Assembly (NCBI GenBank): GCA_964019335.1
Contig: OZ025667.1
Span: forward strand, 496,001-560,000
Source: Diplonema japonicum
Lineage: Eukaryota > Protista > Euglenozoa: Diplonemea
Length of the DNA stretch: 64,000 bases
Direction of reading: 5' to 3'
The notes below the pieces were generated by a model, which searched no databases, had not been told where the DNA came from, and saw only the letters and a list, made by a program, of their open reading frames with translations. Positions 33,077 through 45,786 of the stretch are shown one piece after another. Made by a program: the position numbers and the translations under genes. How positions within the stretch are numbered: the stretch's first letter is position 1; every line of letters starts with the position of its first letter.

Positions 33077-34667
33077 ATGAGCCGCCAAAGCCACCAGAGC
33101 ATTGTGGATTCCATCAAGGAACGCCAGAGAGACGACCCGCAGTTCAAGAAAGCATGGAACACCTATTGCGATGTATGACGAGGGGAACAAAAAAAAAACA
33201 AAACAAAAACAGGATTATTCGGATGGAACACGTGACCCGTCTAGGCATGAATTAGGATTCTTGAAAGCAGCTATGCGAGAGCTGGGTATCCAATCCGGCG
33301 GCGGGGGACGCAAGGGAGGCAGAGGAGGTAGTAGGTGGGAAGAGAGCGATGAAGGCGGCAGGGGACGCAGGAAGGGCGGGGGCCGCAAGGGTGGCAGTAA
33401 CAGCAATGGTGACCTGGTGGCGACGATAAGAAAATACCAAAAAGAAGGCGACTGGCAAAAGGAGTGGTGCACGTACTGCGACGAGCATGGTGAGGGTACG
33501 TACGACCCCTCGCTGCACGCCGCTTCCTTTCTGCAGGCGGCCATCGACGACCTGGGCGCACCTTCTTCTGCCGTGGATTCCATCCAGACGGATGACCAAC
33601 GGCGGTATGCCTCAATGGTGAAGGACAACCAGAGAGACTCTGCCTGGCACACAAGGTGGGCCGACTACTGCCACGAGCACGGCGAAGGGACACGGGACCC
33701 TTCGCGCCACACAGCTGCCTTCCTTCGGGGGGCACTCGCCGCGCTGCAGGGCGACAACACAACAGACACAAAGCACTACGAACTGGTGCAGCGTGTGAAG
33801 GAATACCAGAAGAGCAACCCCGCATGGAACGCGCACTGGTCGAGGTATGCAACCGCAACACAACAACACCACCACAGGCACTGCGAGAAGTACTCCGACG
33901 GCACACGCGATCCTTCTTACCACGAGATGTCCTTCTTGGAGAACGCTCTGAACACCCTTGACACCTGTCTGGACAAGGAGAGCGAGCACACCGAGGTTGT
34001 TAACACAATAAAAACCATGCAGCGTGAGAACACCACATGGCGCACCCGCTGGGCTGACTACTGTGCAGAGTACGGCGACGGGACGAGGGACCCTGCCTTC
34101 CACGATCTGGCGTTCTTGAAGCGTGCTCTGCGCGACTTGGGTCCGGAGGACGAGGAGCACAGGATGGGGTTGAGGAGCAGCGACAAGAGCCATACGACCC
34201 TGGTAGAAGAGGTGAAGGAAATGCAGAGAAGCGACATCAGAATGCAACAGAGGTGGGTTGAGTACTGCGAGAACTGGAGCGACGGGACGCTAAACCCTGC
34301 ACAGCACGACGCAGGGTTTCTGAGGAAGGCATTAGGGGAGATCTCGAAATCGAGGAGGCCGGACTCGCAGAGGCAGCAGGAGATACAACTGTTATGCGAG
34401 GCAAGGAGGACCGCACAGAGGTCGCGTGCCTTCGAGCGTGCTGACCAGCTCCGGACAATGCTGTGGTCCATGGGCGTCGAGATCAACGACAAGAAAAAAA
34501 TATGGAGATCTGACGATGGGCTCACAGGCTCGTTCAGCGAGGAATCCCACACCACGGCAGAAGCTCACCCCCACACTCACACCCACACTCATGCATCACA
34601 TGGGTACCAAGACTGGGAGCCCCGGCCAAGACGTGGGGGATACAGGGGCGGTAAAGGGGGCAAGTAG
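33077..34667 (+). CDS. Protein with six W-x2-YC-x4-GTRDPxxH-x3-FL repeats, RGG/KGG tracts and a CysRS C-terminal-like domain; introns 33173-33212, 33845-33877
   Basis: Removing both introns restores the repeat consensus (YCD|DYSDGTRDP; WSR|HCEKYSDGTRDP). Confidence 0.8.
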
Positions 34668-35645
34668 TAAGGCAGCCATTACACAACTCTCTGTTACATA
34701 AAAGAAAAAAAAGGAAGGGGGGGAAAAAAATATTTGGGGTAAGACGGGGTTTTGGTGTGGGGGTTATAACCACTTCGGGGGAGGGGGGGGCGAGTTTTTT
34801 GTTTTAACAATATTATTGTCGAGACTAAAAACTAGTTGATGGCAGCGTAATGAGCTATTTTATTAGGTAAAATTCCGCTCGTGCGCACAAACAAATGGAG
34901 CGCCAAACTAGTTTTTTTTTTCTTCAGGAACGTTTTTTTTTTTTTTTTTTTTTTCTTTTTTTTTTTAGCGTCGTCGTTTGCGCGATTACTTAAGGGGATG
35001 TGGAAGGAGGGGAAGAATAGAAAAAAAAAGAAGAAAAAAAAGAAGGCTTAAACACGTAAGTAACAAACGGCGCCACCCGAATTTTAGAAAAGAAAAAAAA
35101 AAGTGTATTTACTCGACAACAATAAAGAAAAGTATCCCCCTTTCTAGTGGCATTCACAGCCATGCCATTCAAGACACACAGAGGTTCGGCCCTTGCAAGG
35201 TTTTACAACGACATAAGAAAATAGAAAGAGGAAAACGCAGCAACTTTCCCCCCTTCCCCCCCTCTTCGTTTCTTTTTTTTTTATTTCTAAGTCCTTTTTT
35301 TAAAAAAAATTCTGATTTCTTGTCCCTTCTTCCCATTTTTTTTACCCTCCCTTTTTTTTTGCTGTTGGTGTTGTTGTTGTTGTTTTGCCTGAGGGAAAGA
35401 GGAGAAAATAATTTTAAAAAAATTTTAAAAAAAAACGGGATACAAAAAAAAAAAAAAAAAAAAAGAGGGGGATAAATATTTTTTTCTTTCTTTTCTTTTT
35501 TTTTTTTTTTTACTTGGAAAGAAAACAAAAAAGGGGGGGGAAACAAAAAAAAAAGTCTTGTATTAATTTACTCCCCCTTCCCCCCTCTTTTTTTTAAACC
35601 CCCCTTGAAAAAAGTTTTTATTGCCCAACCACCGTCTATCAGTCA

Positions 35646-36956
35646 ATGTGGGTTTTGTATGGGGTAGCCTTGTGTGCCTTGTGTGTATATGGCGCGACAG
35701 AAATCCCAACCACGTACCATGCTGAGGTTGAACTGTTAGATCTGACCACGAAAGAAGTAGTGGCATGGTCGGAGTGGAAAGGCCCTGGCAGTGTGGTAAG
35801 AGTATTTGAGGAATATACTGAAATGTTCGAACTCACATCAAAAGAAGAAAGGAAGAGGAAACCCGGAAGACGTCTTGTTCAATGGGGGGGGTCGAAAAAC
35901 TGTGTAGAAGACCTCGAAGCAACAGGCCTGCTCCTCCATGACTTGTTCAAAGGTATCGTAATGGGGGGTACCCGCTACACGGGGGAGCTCACAAGAAGCA
36001 TCCGTAGCGATCGGTACAATTTTGGTGAAGATTGTGACAAGTACTCCCCTCCTGGTGTGCAGTGTCACTCGCTTATCGTCAACATAAAGACATCCACGAC
36101 GTACCCGCTCAGGGTGGAGTTTCGCGGGACAAACCACCACACCCCTACACCATCAACCCTCCACTACATATACCATATTGCTGCCTTCGACCCAAGCAGC
36201 TCATCTCCGGAGGAATACAAGATGTTCTGCGTGCCTGATGTACTGCAGCCGCCTTACTACAACCAGCACAGCACCCTTATGGAATGGACGTCCGATGAGG
36301 GTGTGCGGTATATACAGGAGACGTCAACGGGGGATATTTCCGGTCGTGACACGCAGCTCACAAGCAGTAAAATTGTTGACAGTGATGTTACTTTCATTAG
36401 GGACGGGCTTATGGGGGTTGTCTACAAGGTGGAAGCAGAGGGTACATGCGAGGTCGTCGGGAAGATGGAGTTCTTGTTGAACGACGTTGTGCGCTTGTTT
36501 AAGGGCACCGTGCCTCATGTGGCGAACGGCCTGAACGTGTGGTCCGTGAACGGATCCTTTTCAGAAATGCACATGGTCACCCTGCCGCCCACCACAGATC
36601 GGGACGCTATGCTGTTGAATATTTCTTTCCGCTTTAAAGGCGAATCCATGACCGCCGAGTGGTACGGGGTTCCTATTAAAGCCAACTACCACACATTCAT
36701 CCCTGTGTACACCGACCTTAACCCAGCACACACTGAGGTGACTGTTCCCGTGTCCTGCTCTGCCACGGCGCAAAATCTCAGCTCCCGTATATCTCACTCT
36801 TGTTTCAAGTCCTGCTGTGCTTCCCGCGGTTGGGAAGAGGAAAAGGAAGCAGGTTGTTTCTCCTCCGCTAGCTTCGTGGCGTACATCACCAGTTCTCTTG
36901 CCCTCGGCGGCGTTGCCGCTTTCCTTGTGTCATACTTTGCCCGGAAGCGGATATAA
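35646..36956 (+). CDS. Type I membrane protein of unknown function
   Basis: Signal peptide MWVLYGVALCALCVYG; C-terminal TM followed by RKR. Confidence 0.7.
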   Translation: MWVLYGVALCALCVYGATEIPTTYHAEVELLDLTTKEVVAWSEWKGPGSVVRVFEEYTEMFELTSKEERKRKPGRRLVQWGGSKNCVEDLEATGLLLHDLFKGIVMGGTRYTGELTRSIRSDRYNFGEDCDKYSPPGVQCHSLIVNIKTSTTYPLRVEFRGTNHHTPTPSTLHYIYHIAAFDPSSSSPEEYKMFCVPDVLQPPYYNQHSTLMEWTSDEGVRYIQETSTGDISGRDTQLTSSKIVDSDVTFIRDGLMGVVYKVEAEGTCEVVGKMEFLLNDVVRLFKGTVPHVANGLNVWSVNGSFSEMHMVTLPPTTDRDAMLLNISFRFKGESMTAEWYGVPIKANYHTFIPVYTDLNPAHTEVTVPVSCSATAQNLSSRISHSCFKSCCASRGWEEEKEAGCFSSASFVAYITSSLALGGVAAFLVSYFARKRI

Positions 36957-37033
36957 AGAAGAAAAAGATAAGAACAAAAAAATATTACAAAAACTATTTA
37001 TTTGTAGTTACTCCACCGTACCCATCACAGGCC

Positions 37034-38642
37034 ATGGCGGGGCTGACGCCTGTCGTGTTCGATGTGGGAAGGCCAGCCCACGACATGGAGAGGAGGGAGT
37101 CGTTGCTGGCGAAGGGCTACGTCTCGAGCAGCATCCGGCTACTGCAGGAACAGTTACAGGTGTGTGCAAAAAAAAAAAAAAAAGAGGGGGACATTTTTTT
37201 AACTACCAAACAGTACCAGCCTGGGTTTGTACCAAACTCGGAAAAGGCCTACGAAACAGGCTCCAACGGCTCCCTATCCCCGCCGCCCTCACCTGGAACA
37301 GCACCAACACCTACCCCCAGACCGCCGCAGCTGGATGTTCGTAAAAAACAACTTGCGATCCAACTAGGCAGCGAATTCGCCAAACGGCAGGAAGGTATCT
37401 ATAACAGCACATCACACACACACACACACCACAGCTAGCGTGAAGGCGCACTTGAGCGCGTGGCGTGCACGCCCCCTCAAGGAGGATGCCTACAACTTCA
37501 AAGAGCAGGTTGGTGAAATCACCCATGTTAGCCAGCATGTGAACTCCGCCTCTGCGTGGCTCAGAGAGACAAACACGACGGAGAAGATCACAGCTGCGCT
37601 GCCGAAGATGATCATCGCCATCCTAGCTACGAAGGGGTGGAAGGAAGTGGTGGAGGAGAAATGGTGCGAAGTAACCGAAGACGAGGTGGAGGAGCTGCTG
37701 GAGCACATCAGGAGCGTCGTGTCGCTCGACGCATGGGACAGCACACGGGTGTTGGGGCTGGGGCAGCGCGAGGTGCTGGGGAATAGTTTCAACAAAATAG
37801 TGCAAGCGGACTGCAGCAACATAAAGGCATCGCCCAGCAACACGTGCAAGTGTCTGCTGGCCTTGTGCAAGGCGAACATCACAACACTCCAGACAGTAGG
37901 GAGCGTCATAGAGAAGCAGAGCATTGTGTACGCAAACATGATGCGTTCAGCGAAGGACACACTACTTGTCCCGCCGCCCTCCCCCTCGTGTAGGACTGCA
38001 CCGTATCCCATGAAGGGCGACCTACGGGGCGAGCTGGCGGGGCTACAAAGAAAACCAGGGAAGGTGGGCCTCGTAAGGAGAAAACAGTTAGAAGTTCTAC
38101 TAGAAGACGCGCAAAAAAGACAAAGCGCGGAAGTGATGTATCATAAGAAAATAGAAGGCACACGACCACTTCAGGAATTCCACAAAAGCAACGGGATCAA
38201 GCTTGGGATGACACCTTTGCACGTACCGTGTGTGGCGTCGCCGACATGCTTCCTGATGGACACGTTGAACAGTGATGTTTCAATGTGCAGCATGTCAGTA
38301 GACGAGGGTGATGAACCACGGGACGTGGGGATGGATGGTGAAGCGGAATCGTCGCACGCATCACAGCCACCAGCGAACGTTGGTACGCCTTGCTTGGCTT
38401 CTCTTATGTTGTCGCTGAAACTGACGCAGTACACCTTCGATTTGAAGAAGGCGGGGTACGACCTTCCCACGGACCTGCAGGGCATCAGCAAAAATGAACT
38501 TCTCTCCATCGGCTTCTTGCCAGGACACGCGCAGCGGCTTCTCAATGCAGTCAGCTCGCTTCCCCCGCAGCCCCCTCTTCCCATATCTATGCCCATGGCA
38601 TGGTCCGATTCACCTACTTTACGTTCCCTTATCGATAGCTGA
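37034..38642 (+). CDS. Protein with C-terminal SAM domain; introns 37160-37213, 37395-37434
   Basis: LSLKLTQYTFDLKKAGYD...ELLSIGFLPGHAQRLL; splice QE|ASVKAH joins ORFs. Confidence 0.75.
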
Positions 38643-39817
38643 CAGCTTTAACACACCCTGTGTTCGCGTGTACCTTGGCTGCCACGTGTAGTATGAGTGA
38701 AGGAGATACAAAAAAAAAAAGAAGAAAAAAAAAACTCCCGGGAGTGGGGGGAGTGGGTTCTGTCTACTGCAAACAATGAAAAAGTTACGGACAAACTGTC
38801 AAATGTCTCTGAGTTCCCCCCCCCCCCCCCCCCCCCGGTGTTTTTGGGGAGTATGTCAGTCGACTGAATTATATTCACTTTACAGCATTTTTAAAGGGGG
38901 GTATGTGTTTTTCTACCAACCAAGGAAAAAATGGCATACAAAGAACAAAGAAGAAAACAAAGTTCTGAGGAGGAGAAAAAAAAGATGTCCTAGGGGGAAA
39001 ATAGAAATCCGTGGTGTGTTGGAGAAGGAGGGCATTTAAAAAGAAAAAAAAAGAAAAAAACAAAACAAAACAAAAAGAGACGAATAGGGAAGACAAAAAA
39101 GAAGAAGAAAAAAAGTCTTTCTGAAAACTTCTGAAAAAAATATTCCCACTCATCCCTTATTTTCTTTTCTTCTTTCCCCATTCCGTGTACTGTCGCTCTC
39201 AATTAGCTTTTTTTTTTTTTTTTTTTTGGGAGACAATAATGGGCGCCAACACTGGCCTCCTTTATCTCTTAAAAATATATATTTTTTTGGAGACTAAATC
39301 TTCTGTTCTTGGCGTATGCTACCAATGGCGTTCCCTTCGCTTCTATTTGTTATGGCCCCTATCCCCTTGTGCTCTTCCATAAAGAAGAGGGAGAAAGAAA
39401 AAGAAACGGGGAAAAAAAAAAAAAAAAAAAAAAATCACCCGCATCCACCCACCTAAGTCCGTTACTGTTTCATTGAATCCCCACCACCACCTCACCCACT
39501 GAGCAGGTTGCAAAAGTCCCTGTGGTTGCCACGCTGGCACTTTTCGGGAATCCTTTAAGATGGCCCGGTTGATCCATTTGGTCACCTTGAGATTTTCTCC
39601 CATGGAGCTCATGTGCTTACAAGGATTTGCATAATAATATTTAAAAAAAAAAAACACACACTTTCACGGCTTCGCCCTCCCTGCTATTCTTAACCAACCC
39701 CCCCCCCCCCCTTTCTGAAATTATGTTCTTTCCCTTTTTCGTTGAATCCTTTGTTCTTTTATTCATATCGTCCAAGGACCCAGCTCACTGAAAGGTAACA
39801 TTTAAACGGAGAGGAAG

Positions 39818-40387
39818 ATGCCTAGTGACGCAGACAAGGGCGTATCCCCCAACGATGAGTGCGGGTGTGATTATGAGGAGTTGGGGTACAGCTGGGTGCA
39901 GGGCGAGAGCGATGTGACAGTGACAATCCCCGTCCCTAAGGGGACGAAGGGGAAGTTCGTGGAGGTGGTCTTCGGGGTTTCAAAGTTGAAGGCAGGACTG
40001 AAAGGGAAGCCGGCAGTGGTGGAAGGCGATCTGTACTCGTCTGTAAAACAAGAAGACTGCTTGTGGAGCATTGTCGACGGGGACAAGCTGGTCCTGAGTT
40101 TGGAAAAGGCCAACATCAAGCACGAAGAGTGGTGGGACTGTGTTGTGAAGGGCCACCCTACCATCGATATGAAAAAACTCAAACCGCCTCCAAAACAGCT
40201 TCAAACCCTCGACGACGGTGCCCAAGCCACCATCGAAAAGATGATGTACGACCAGCAGCAGAAGCAGATGGGCAAACCCACTTCCGATGAACAGAAAGTC
40301 CAGGAAGCCATGGAAAAATTCAAAGAACAATTCCCCGGCCAACCCCTGCCCGACCTTTCCAACGTGAAATTCAGTGGCGGCCAATAG
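39818..40387 (+). CDS. NUDC: NudC family CS-domain co-chaperone
   Basis: YSWVQ..DVTVTIPV, WW.CVVKGHP.ID, TIEKMMYDQQQKQMGKPTSDEQK. Confidence 0.92.
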   Translation: MPSDADKGVSPNDECGCDYEELGYSWVQGESDVTVTIPVPKGTKGKFVEVVFGVSKLKAGLKGKPAVVEGDLYSSVKQEDCLWSIVDGDKLVLSLEKANIKHEEWWDCVVKGHPTIDMKKLKPPPKQLQTLDDGAQATIEKMMYDQQQKQMGKPTSDEQKVQEAMEKFKEQFPGQPLPDLSNVKFSGGQ

Positions 40388-40585
40388 CAGGATAGCAAAA
40401 AGAAAATGACACAAAGCAAAAAAAAAAGGGGGGGGAGTGTTGGTGCTGTGCGATAGATTTTATTGGTTTAAACTTGGGGTCGTGGGTTAAGTTTTCTTTT
40501 CCCTTTCCTCTCCCTTTTCTTTTCCTCTTTCTATGTTTGTACCCTTCACAGGTGGGCTCTTTGGGTGGCAGGGGCATCCAGAGGA

Positions 40586-43500
40586 ATGGCGATTCCAACA
40601 TCCCCCCAGGGTAAGAGGGATTCCAGCAGCAAAGCTGCAAAAAGCCGGCACAGGTCGATCAAAGGACTGACCGCCGACGAAGAGGACCGGCTGTCGCTGC
40701 TGGACAAGAGTATTGAAGAGCTGCGAGTAACGATGACGAAAAGCATGAACGGTGAGAAGAAAGGAACCGAGAACTCAGTGAGCAACGGTGTCGCGTTAGA
40801 AGGGTCGCCTGAAGAGAGCGAAGAAGAGGTGCCCATCCCCGAGTCCCTTCAGGCCCTTATGGAAGCTGAGAAGCTGAAGGAAAAAAACTTAAAACCGAAA
40901 GAAACACCTGTTAAGGAATCACCTGCAACCGAGGCGGCCAATGGAAAGGTAACGCCTCCCTTCGACCCGACACCTCAGTCAAAGCCGGCCACACCCTCCC
41001 AGTCTCCTAGCAAGCCTGTACCCTCGCCTCCCCCTTCAGCACCACCCTCACGGCGCCACTCCTCGAAGACCATTGAAGATAAAGAGAACTTATGGATGGA
41101 GCTCCTCCGACGAAAGGACGAGCAGCTCACCCTTGTCCTGAAAAGGGAGAAGGTTGCTGTTGAACGCATGCGGAGCAGGGTACGCGACCTGGAGGCAAAG
41201 CTGAACGGCCCCATAGACGCCAGTGACAGAGAGGACTGGGCAATGAACATGAAGCGCGAGCAAGACGAGAAACTCAGGGATCTGCAAGATGCCCAGACAC
41301 GGTATGAGTGTTGCTGCACATCTCACGCAAACAGGCTCATCAACGAGTTCAAAAATGTGAAAGATCCCGTGACAGGGGGCGACCCCACATTGGAGATGCA
41401 AATGTTCGTTGCAAGCAATGCCACGGTATACACACACACACACACACACACACACAACACACACGCAGGAAGACAAAAGAGGTGATGCGGACACCGCGCC
41501 CACAGGGGAGGTCACACTGGTGTTCACTGACGTGCAGAGCAGTACCTATCTGTGGGATCAGGCCACGGCAGAGATGATGAGCTCTCTTCAGATGCACAAT
41601 GCACTGATGCGCGAGCTCATCGCCAAGAACGACGGGTACGAGGTGAAGACGGAAGGTGATGCATTCATGGTGGCGTTCAACGAACCAGAAAACGCAGTGC
41701 GGTGGGCACTGGACGTGCAGGTGAAACTACTTGAGGAGCCGTGGCCAGGAAAAATCCTTGCGATGGACGATGCCAGTACCCTCGTGACACCAGCGGGGGT
41801 CAAGCTGTGGAATGGTCTCAGGGTTCGGGTCGGAATCCATACGGGAGAGCCCTCTTGCATCCCCGACATCCTGACGGGCAGGATGGACTACTTCGGCCCC
41901 ATGGTGAACACAGGTGCCCGTGTGGCGGGGTGTGCCAGGGGTGGAGAAATTGTGTGCTCTGCTGAAGTGTTCAACAGAACGAAGCACTTAAAGAATCAGT
42001 ATAAGATGGGCATCATCCCGCTGGGCGAGAAGAAGTTCAAGGGCGTGACGCAGGCTGTTGACTGCCACAGGCTAGTGCCCGACGCGCTGCAGAACAGAAT
42101 CTTCGTCGAGCCGAAGCCAGCAGCCCCTGCAAAACTAGGGGATAGCACGAAGACTGAAAAGGGGGTAAGCACAACCTTCCTTCAATGGGTGGTTAGAGAA
42201 GAGCAAAAGAGGGATGAGTCGCCCCCTGAGGGCGTGCTGTCACTGGTGTTCACCGATGTGCAGTCTTCAACTCACCTGTGGGACACAATGGAGAAGGAGA
42301 TGTGGACTGCTCTCAACAAGCACAACCAGCTGATGAGGCGGCTCATTGCCCATCACAACGGGTACGAGGTGAAAACGGAGGGGGACGCCTTCATGGTGGC
42401 ATTTAAAAAGCCTGCTGACGCCATTGGGTTTGTGGCAGAGGCACAGATACGACTCCTAACGGTGGAGTGGCCGGTGAAGCTGTTGCTGAACAGCGCGGCG
42501 TGTGAGGAAAAGGACCCGCAAGGCAACGTGGTGTGGAACGGGCTGAGGGTGCGGTGTGGGGTACACGTGGGGAGACCTGAGTCTGCAAGAGACCCTGTAA
42601 CAAAAAGAATGGACTACTTTGGGCCGATGGTGAATCTTGCTGCGCGTGTCGGCGGGTGCGCCAATGGCGGTGAGATAGTGATCTCAAAGCCCGTGTACGA
42701 CGAAGTGCATCGGTCGGGGCTGCTGCAGAAACTGCAGCTTGACATCACCTCGCTAGGCGACAAGCAGTTCAAGGGGGTCACCGCCTCTGTGGGTTGTTAT
42801 CGAATCATGCCACGGAGCCTCGCGGGGAGGAAGTTCCCACCAAGCCCACCACCTCCCTCCGCCGCCATCGCCGCTATCACTGCCACCAGGGTCCAGGAGA
42901 CACCACCGGTAGGCGCCGCCATGGACCCCAACTGTGTCGCCATCCCGAAGGAAGACTTGCAAGCTATGCACGAAGCTTGGCTTGAGTTCGCTGAGATTAT
43001 GGACAAGCTCAGGTATGTCAATAATGTTGTCAGCAACATGCACACAGCGACGGGAAGGCACGGCATTACAAAGAGGAAAAGGAGCGCAAGGAGGTCTTGC
43101 AGGGCAGGCGCATGTCGCAGAAGTCAACAGAATCGGTATGCAGTGCGAAGGCAAAAGACACACCACACCACACACCACACAGCCTAAGCCGCATAAGAAA
43201 CCTCCGATCAAAGACAGACGGCACAGTTTGTACCAAGGAAGGCGGAAGAGCGTGGTGATGGCTTCACCAGCGATCACCGTGGATGTGAAGGAGAAAAGAG
43301 AAGTGGACGATGAGGACTGCAGGGCGATGACTAAGGATTTCGAGAATCTTTCCGCGTTTATGAATTCGCAACCCGAGCAACAGGTGAAGAAGATATTCTG
43401 CCAAGAGAGAGACGTGAAGTATGTGGTAGCGTTTGGCAGCACTGTGGAGGTGACGACGGTACGGCGGCGGCCGAGGCAGTCGAGCAAAGAGAAGATTGAC

Positions 43501-44007
43501 TTGGAGTCACCGAAGGGGGCTGCAAAGCAATCACCAGGATCCACACCATCTGTGGATGACACACCGCAGTCGGCAGTCTCATCAACACCTGCAGGGCAGA
43601 GCACTCCGATGGCAGACCCGGTCCCACTGGCAGCTAGACCGCCTTTGTACAACATGAACGGGGCATCTCCGAGAAACAGACGCGAATCTGGGCCCGACGA
43701 CTTACCGCTTCCTGCAAGGGACATTTCGCCTGCCCGAGAAGTCCCCATGCGTCAGGCTCCAAGCACCAGCGAGTCGTGGGGCACACATAAATATACTAAA
43801 CGTGACAGCAGGGGGGAAATCGACCCTAAATATGTCATGGATGGAGTGCACTCTCCACGTCCGCCAGGCGACCAAAACATAGCTGATATCATCAATAAGA
43901 GGTCCGGCTCTGCAGCAACGCGGCGAGCGAAGTCTCTTCCGCATCGTGCAAGAGCTTCTTCAGGACAGGCAAGGACACATATTTCACAGCTACTCCCATC
44001 TATTTAG
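40586..44007 (+). CDS. Soluble class III adenylate cyclase with two tandem catalytic domains; introns 41302-41334, 41426-41468, 43013-43047, 43136-43182
   Basis: Twice: LVFTDVQSST.LW, YEVKTEGDAFMVAF, GLRVR.G.H.G, RMDYFGPMVN..AR; ORFs 40565, 41409, 42934 join via GT-AG introns. Confidence 0.9.
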
Positions 44008-44688
44008 AAAGAATGAAAAAAAAAAAAAAAAAAAAAAAAAGAAAAATGGTAAAATGGGAAAAAAGTTTTTTTTTTCTCTTTTTTTTTTTCTTCTTCTTTT
44101 GTATTCCCCGTCTCCCTGTCTTTTCTTGCGTTATGTTTCGGTTTTTTCGTCTTTTTGTAGTAAGGTAGTGGGTATGGGAAGGGGGGTGGTCTTACCTTTT
44201 TTTTTTTTATTCCCGTGAGGGGGAAGAGTGAGAATGAAGAATTTATTTTTTTCCTTTTTTTTTCCCTCCCTTTTAGTGTTAAGTGACAATTTGATTTTTT
44301 TTCTCTCTTTTTTTTGTCAGTGCCCCCCCTTTTTTTTTGTACGAACGCTGCCCTTTCTTCTTTATCACAGTATGCAAAAAAACAAAACAAAAAACAAATC
44401 GCTGGACACTTCTACTAAGAAAAAAAGAAAAAAAAAAACTATTCATTGACTGCACGGGAAGGGTTTTCTTCTTTTTCTTTTTTTTTTTCGCGTATCTTTT
44501 TTATAGGGCTGAAAAGTACTAGTTGCGAAAAAAAAAATTATATCCCGCCCTTTTCCTTTCTTCCTTTTTTTTTAAAGTTTTCAATCGGGGGGAACTTTGG
44601 TGGGAGAAAAAAAGAAAAGAAAAAAAACCTTCCTTCCCTCTGCCTTCTTTTTTTTTTGTTGATCTGAGAAGATCGATTGTTTGCTTCC

Positions 44689-44719
<31 letters not shown>

Positions 44720-45786
44720 TGTACAACTAATTTTCCTTTTTTTTTTTTTTTTTTTTTCTCTTTTGGGTTTTTCGTCCGCCACGCCCAGTAGACTGCCTTT
44801 TATATCTGGCTCCCTTACACCCTTCCTCCCCTTGGTCATATCGATCATATGCAGGTTTTTTCTTTTTTTTTTTTCCTTTTTTTTTTGTAACGTATGACTT
44901 ATGGCAGATCAGAAGAAGGACAAAAACAAAAAAAGAAAGACACATGCTGGGGGGGGGGGGGGGGGAGAAAGAACAAGAAAAAAATACCGAGAATTCTTTT
45001 TGCTTATCTGCCACTTTCAACCTTTGCGTCTTCTGCCTTGATTTTTTTTTTGAAGAAGGGCGGCCCTCCAGGAGGGTTTGTCCCGCACTTTGAGTCCCCC
45101 CCCACCCCTTTCCAATAGAAAGCAAAATTCTTGTGAGCCTACAAGTCCGGTCTTTCAATAATTTCGTATCCCCCCCCCCCCCCTTCTTCGTATATGTACT
45201 ATTATATTTTCCCCTTCTATTGGGTGGGACTGTTGCCAACATTCACCACCGGAAGGAGGCCGGGGGGTGAGGTTTTTTTTTTTCCCCCTCCTCTCCTTCT
45301 TCTATTTAAACAGAAGAGGGCAAAAAAAAAAAGCGGGGAGGGGACAAGTATCTTCACAATTTTAACCCTTTTTCGTCTTCAAAATGATGTGGGGGAGGGA
45401 TAAGAGCCAAAAACCTTACCTACCTTGACCTGCTGTGGTCCTAAAGAAAAATATTTGTCTCAACCCTTGCCCCTCCTCCTGAAACCTTACGTGTTATATT
45501 TTTTTTTCTTCTTCTATATCTTTCTGATCTCTGGGTTTTGCTCCGGAAGAGGGATGGCAGGGGGGGCGGGGGGGTATCTTATACACACAAAAAAAAAGGG
45601 GGGGAACAAAAAAAGAATGAGAAATGCTCAAAAAAGTTTTACCATCTTCTCCTCCCCCACGCTTTACCCCCTCCCCCCCCCTTCCATTCAGCTTTTTTGC
45701 AGCTGAGATGCATATTGTATTTGAAATAAAACAACAACAAGAAAAAACCAAAAGAAAAAGAAAAAAAAAGCGAGGAAGACAAAAGA

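Noticed and set aside
39343-39657. Minus-strand ORF segment MSSMGENLKVTKW... that would break the unidirectional array
   Set aside because: Short, no motif, runs into homopolymers, no usable downstream acceptor
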